Assembly (NCBI RefSeq): GCF_004010195.1
Contig: NC_057719.1
Span: forward strand, 78,152,359-78,216,358
DNA length: 64,000 nucleotides
From: Chiloscyllium plagiosum
Taxonomy: Eukaryota
Reading direction: 5' to 3'
A program made the translations under genes and the position numbers. The notes beneath the pieces are model-generated. The model saw nothing but the letters and a program-made list of their open reading frames with translations, did not search any database and had not been told where the DNA came from. Positions 62,270-64,000 of this stretch are shown here, piece after piece. Position 1 is the first letter of the stretch. Each line of letters opens with the position of its first letter.

Positions 62270-62413
62270 AAGCGGCAGATTCAAACCACTACAACTGCCG
62301 GTGGAAAGATCACAGAAGCGCTTCACAGGAGGCTCCCTAGCACTGAGGATGTCACCTAGACAGGGGACGAAACGTCTGCAACACAAATTCCCAGCTCGGC
62401 GAACAGAATCACA
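62270..62413 (+). mobile_element. 144-bp Penelope-type terminal insert with a 10-bp TSD
   Basis: acaatgacca at 62260-62269 and 62414-62423; interrupts the LINE sequence. Confidence 0.8.
62340..62379 (+). ncRNA. Minimal hammerhead ribozyme motif (third family)
   Basis: GCA CUGAGGA U GUCACCU-AGAC-AGGGGAC GAAAC GUC UGC: stem I GCA/UGC, 7-bp stem II with one mismatch, ACGU palindrome. Confidence 0.72.
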
Positions 62414-63309
62414 ACAATGACCATCTCTCATCAGAGAGAATCTAACTATTATCCCTTGACATTCAATGGTGTTACCATCATTGAATCCTCTGCCATAAAC
62501 AACTTGGGGGTTACCATTGATGAGCAATGAATTGGACCAGCCAAATAAATATTGTGGTTACACGACAGGTCAGATGCTAGGAACCTTATAGACTTAAAAC
62601 CACTTCCTGACTCCCCAAAATCTGAGCACTATCTACAAATGATGGAATACTCCCCACTTGACTCCAACAATACTCAAGAAGTTTGAAACAATCCATGACA
62701 AAGCAGCCTGCTTGATTGGCACCACATCCACAAATATTCACTCCCTCCATCTCTATGCTCAGTAGAAGTAGTGTATACTGCAGAAATTCACCAAGGTTCC
62801 TTAGACAGCACCTTCCAAACCCATGATCAATTCCATCTAGATGGACAAGGGCAGCAGACACATGGGAATACCAGAACCTGCATCTCCAAGCCACTCAGTT
62901 TCCTGATTTGGAAATAAACTGTCATTTATTCAGTATCACTGGGTCAAAATCCTGAAACTACTTTCCTGAAGGCATTGTGATGATGCCAACATGGTAGAGA
63001 CTGCAGCACCTTAATAAGACCATCACCTTCGCTAGGCAAACCAGTGATAAGCAAGAAATATTGGCCCAGTCTGTAATGTCTATGTGCCTTGAGTGAATAA
63101 AAATAAAATCATGCCTCTCACAGTGCACATGGAACCCTAATTTTCAAGTTTCTCTTTCCGCAATGGTTTTCCAGGGATTGGAAAATCCAGCAGTAAAAGG
63201 AAGACACAAGATGTCAGTTTTACAAGCTCAATGCCTCTTTGAACACTGTTTGTGCACCACTTCTTCCTCCAATCACAGGTCGCCTCTTCTCCCAGTCAGA
63301 AACCTTCAG

Positions 63310-63890
63310 AGACGTGTTTAGCCTGGAAACAGACCCTTCAGTCCAACTCATCCATTCCGGCCAAATATACTGAATTAATCTGCTTCCATTTTCCAGCACT
63401 TGGCCCAAATCCCTCTAAACCCTTCCTTTTCGTGCACCCATCCTGATGTATTTTAAATGTTGTAATTGCAGCTTATTCTGTACACGCACCACCCTCTGTT
63501 TGGAAAAAAATGTCTTGTAGGTCTCTTAAATCTTTCCCCTCTCACCTTAAACCTATGCCCTCTAGTTTTGGACTCCCCTACCCCAGGGAAAAGACCTTTT
63601 CTATTTATCCTTTCCATGCCCTGATGATTTTATAAACCTACATAAGGTCACCCCTCAGCCTCCGGAGCTCCAGGGAAAATATCCCCAGCCTATTCAGCCT
63701 CTCCCCATAGCTCAAACCCTCCAACGTCCTTGTAAATCTTTTCTGAACCCTTTCAACTTTCACAACATCTCTCCTACAACAGGGAGACCAGAACTGAATG
63801 CAGTATTCCAAAAGTGGCCTCATCAATGTCCTGTACAGCTGCAACGTGACCTCTCAACTCCTATACTCAATGCACTGACCAATAAAGGCA
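63310..63890 (-). mobile_element. CR1/HER1 3' fragment
   Basis: ORF 63638-63844 (LYRTLMRPLLEYCIQFWSP, ERVQKRFTR). Confidence 0.9.
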
Positions 63891-64000
63891 ACCTCCCGAT
63901 TGTCTGGGTCTTCAAGATGCCTCCGCTGCATCCTTCTGTCATTGGTTTTCCACCCCGCCTCCTCTCCCAACTAGGTGACCGTTAGGCCAGTGGTCTTGGA

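Larger units (their letters stand above)
61030..63110 (+). mobile_element. Old CR1/L2-group LINE ORF2 and 3' end
   Basis: KQDKSNPANYCP, NAQFGFCQGHS, IFSCFMNELPSIIRSEVRMFSDCT (FADD relic), DKAACLIG; 3' end gagtgaataaaaataaaa. Confidence 0.8.

Overview
Vertebrate non-coding DNA, dominated by transposable-element debris. The repeat complement (HE1-like V-SINEs, HER1/CR1 LINEs, SacSINE1-like DeuSINE, Penelope-like elements) points to an elasmobranch (shark) genome; this is an inference from recalled repeat families, not a database result. There are four assembly gaps (N runs at about 1457-2048, 20552-20809, 31335-31614, 54129-54323). No host protein-coding gene could be identified, and almost all listed ORFs are TE fragments or their antisense shadows. 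Recognisable content: the 5' half of an L1-clade LINE with its promoter end (1-2449, minus); many CR1 fragments, including one nearly full-length copy; Rex1/Babar and RTE fragments; a 5'-truncated Penelope element with RT and GIY-YIG; about a dozen SINEs; a Tigger-like MITE; and a Harbinger-type Myb/SANT remnant. Two signals are not shown by the ORF track. (1) There are several minimal hammerhead-ribozyme motifs of at least three sequence families in short Penelope-derived inserts with long target-site duplications, two arranged as fold-back palindromes. (2) There are two, possibly three, highly decayed Ty3/Gypsy retrotransposons, readable only by translating across stops and frameshifts. Repeat boundaries are by eye and approximate unless a TSD is given.
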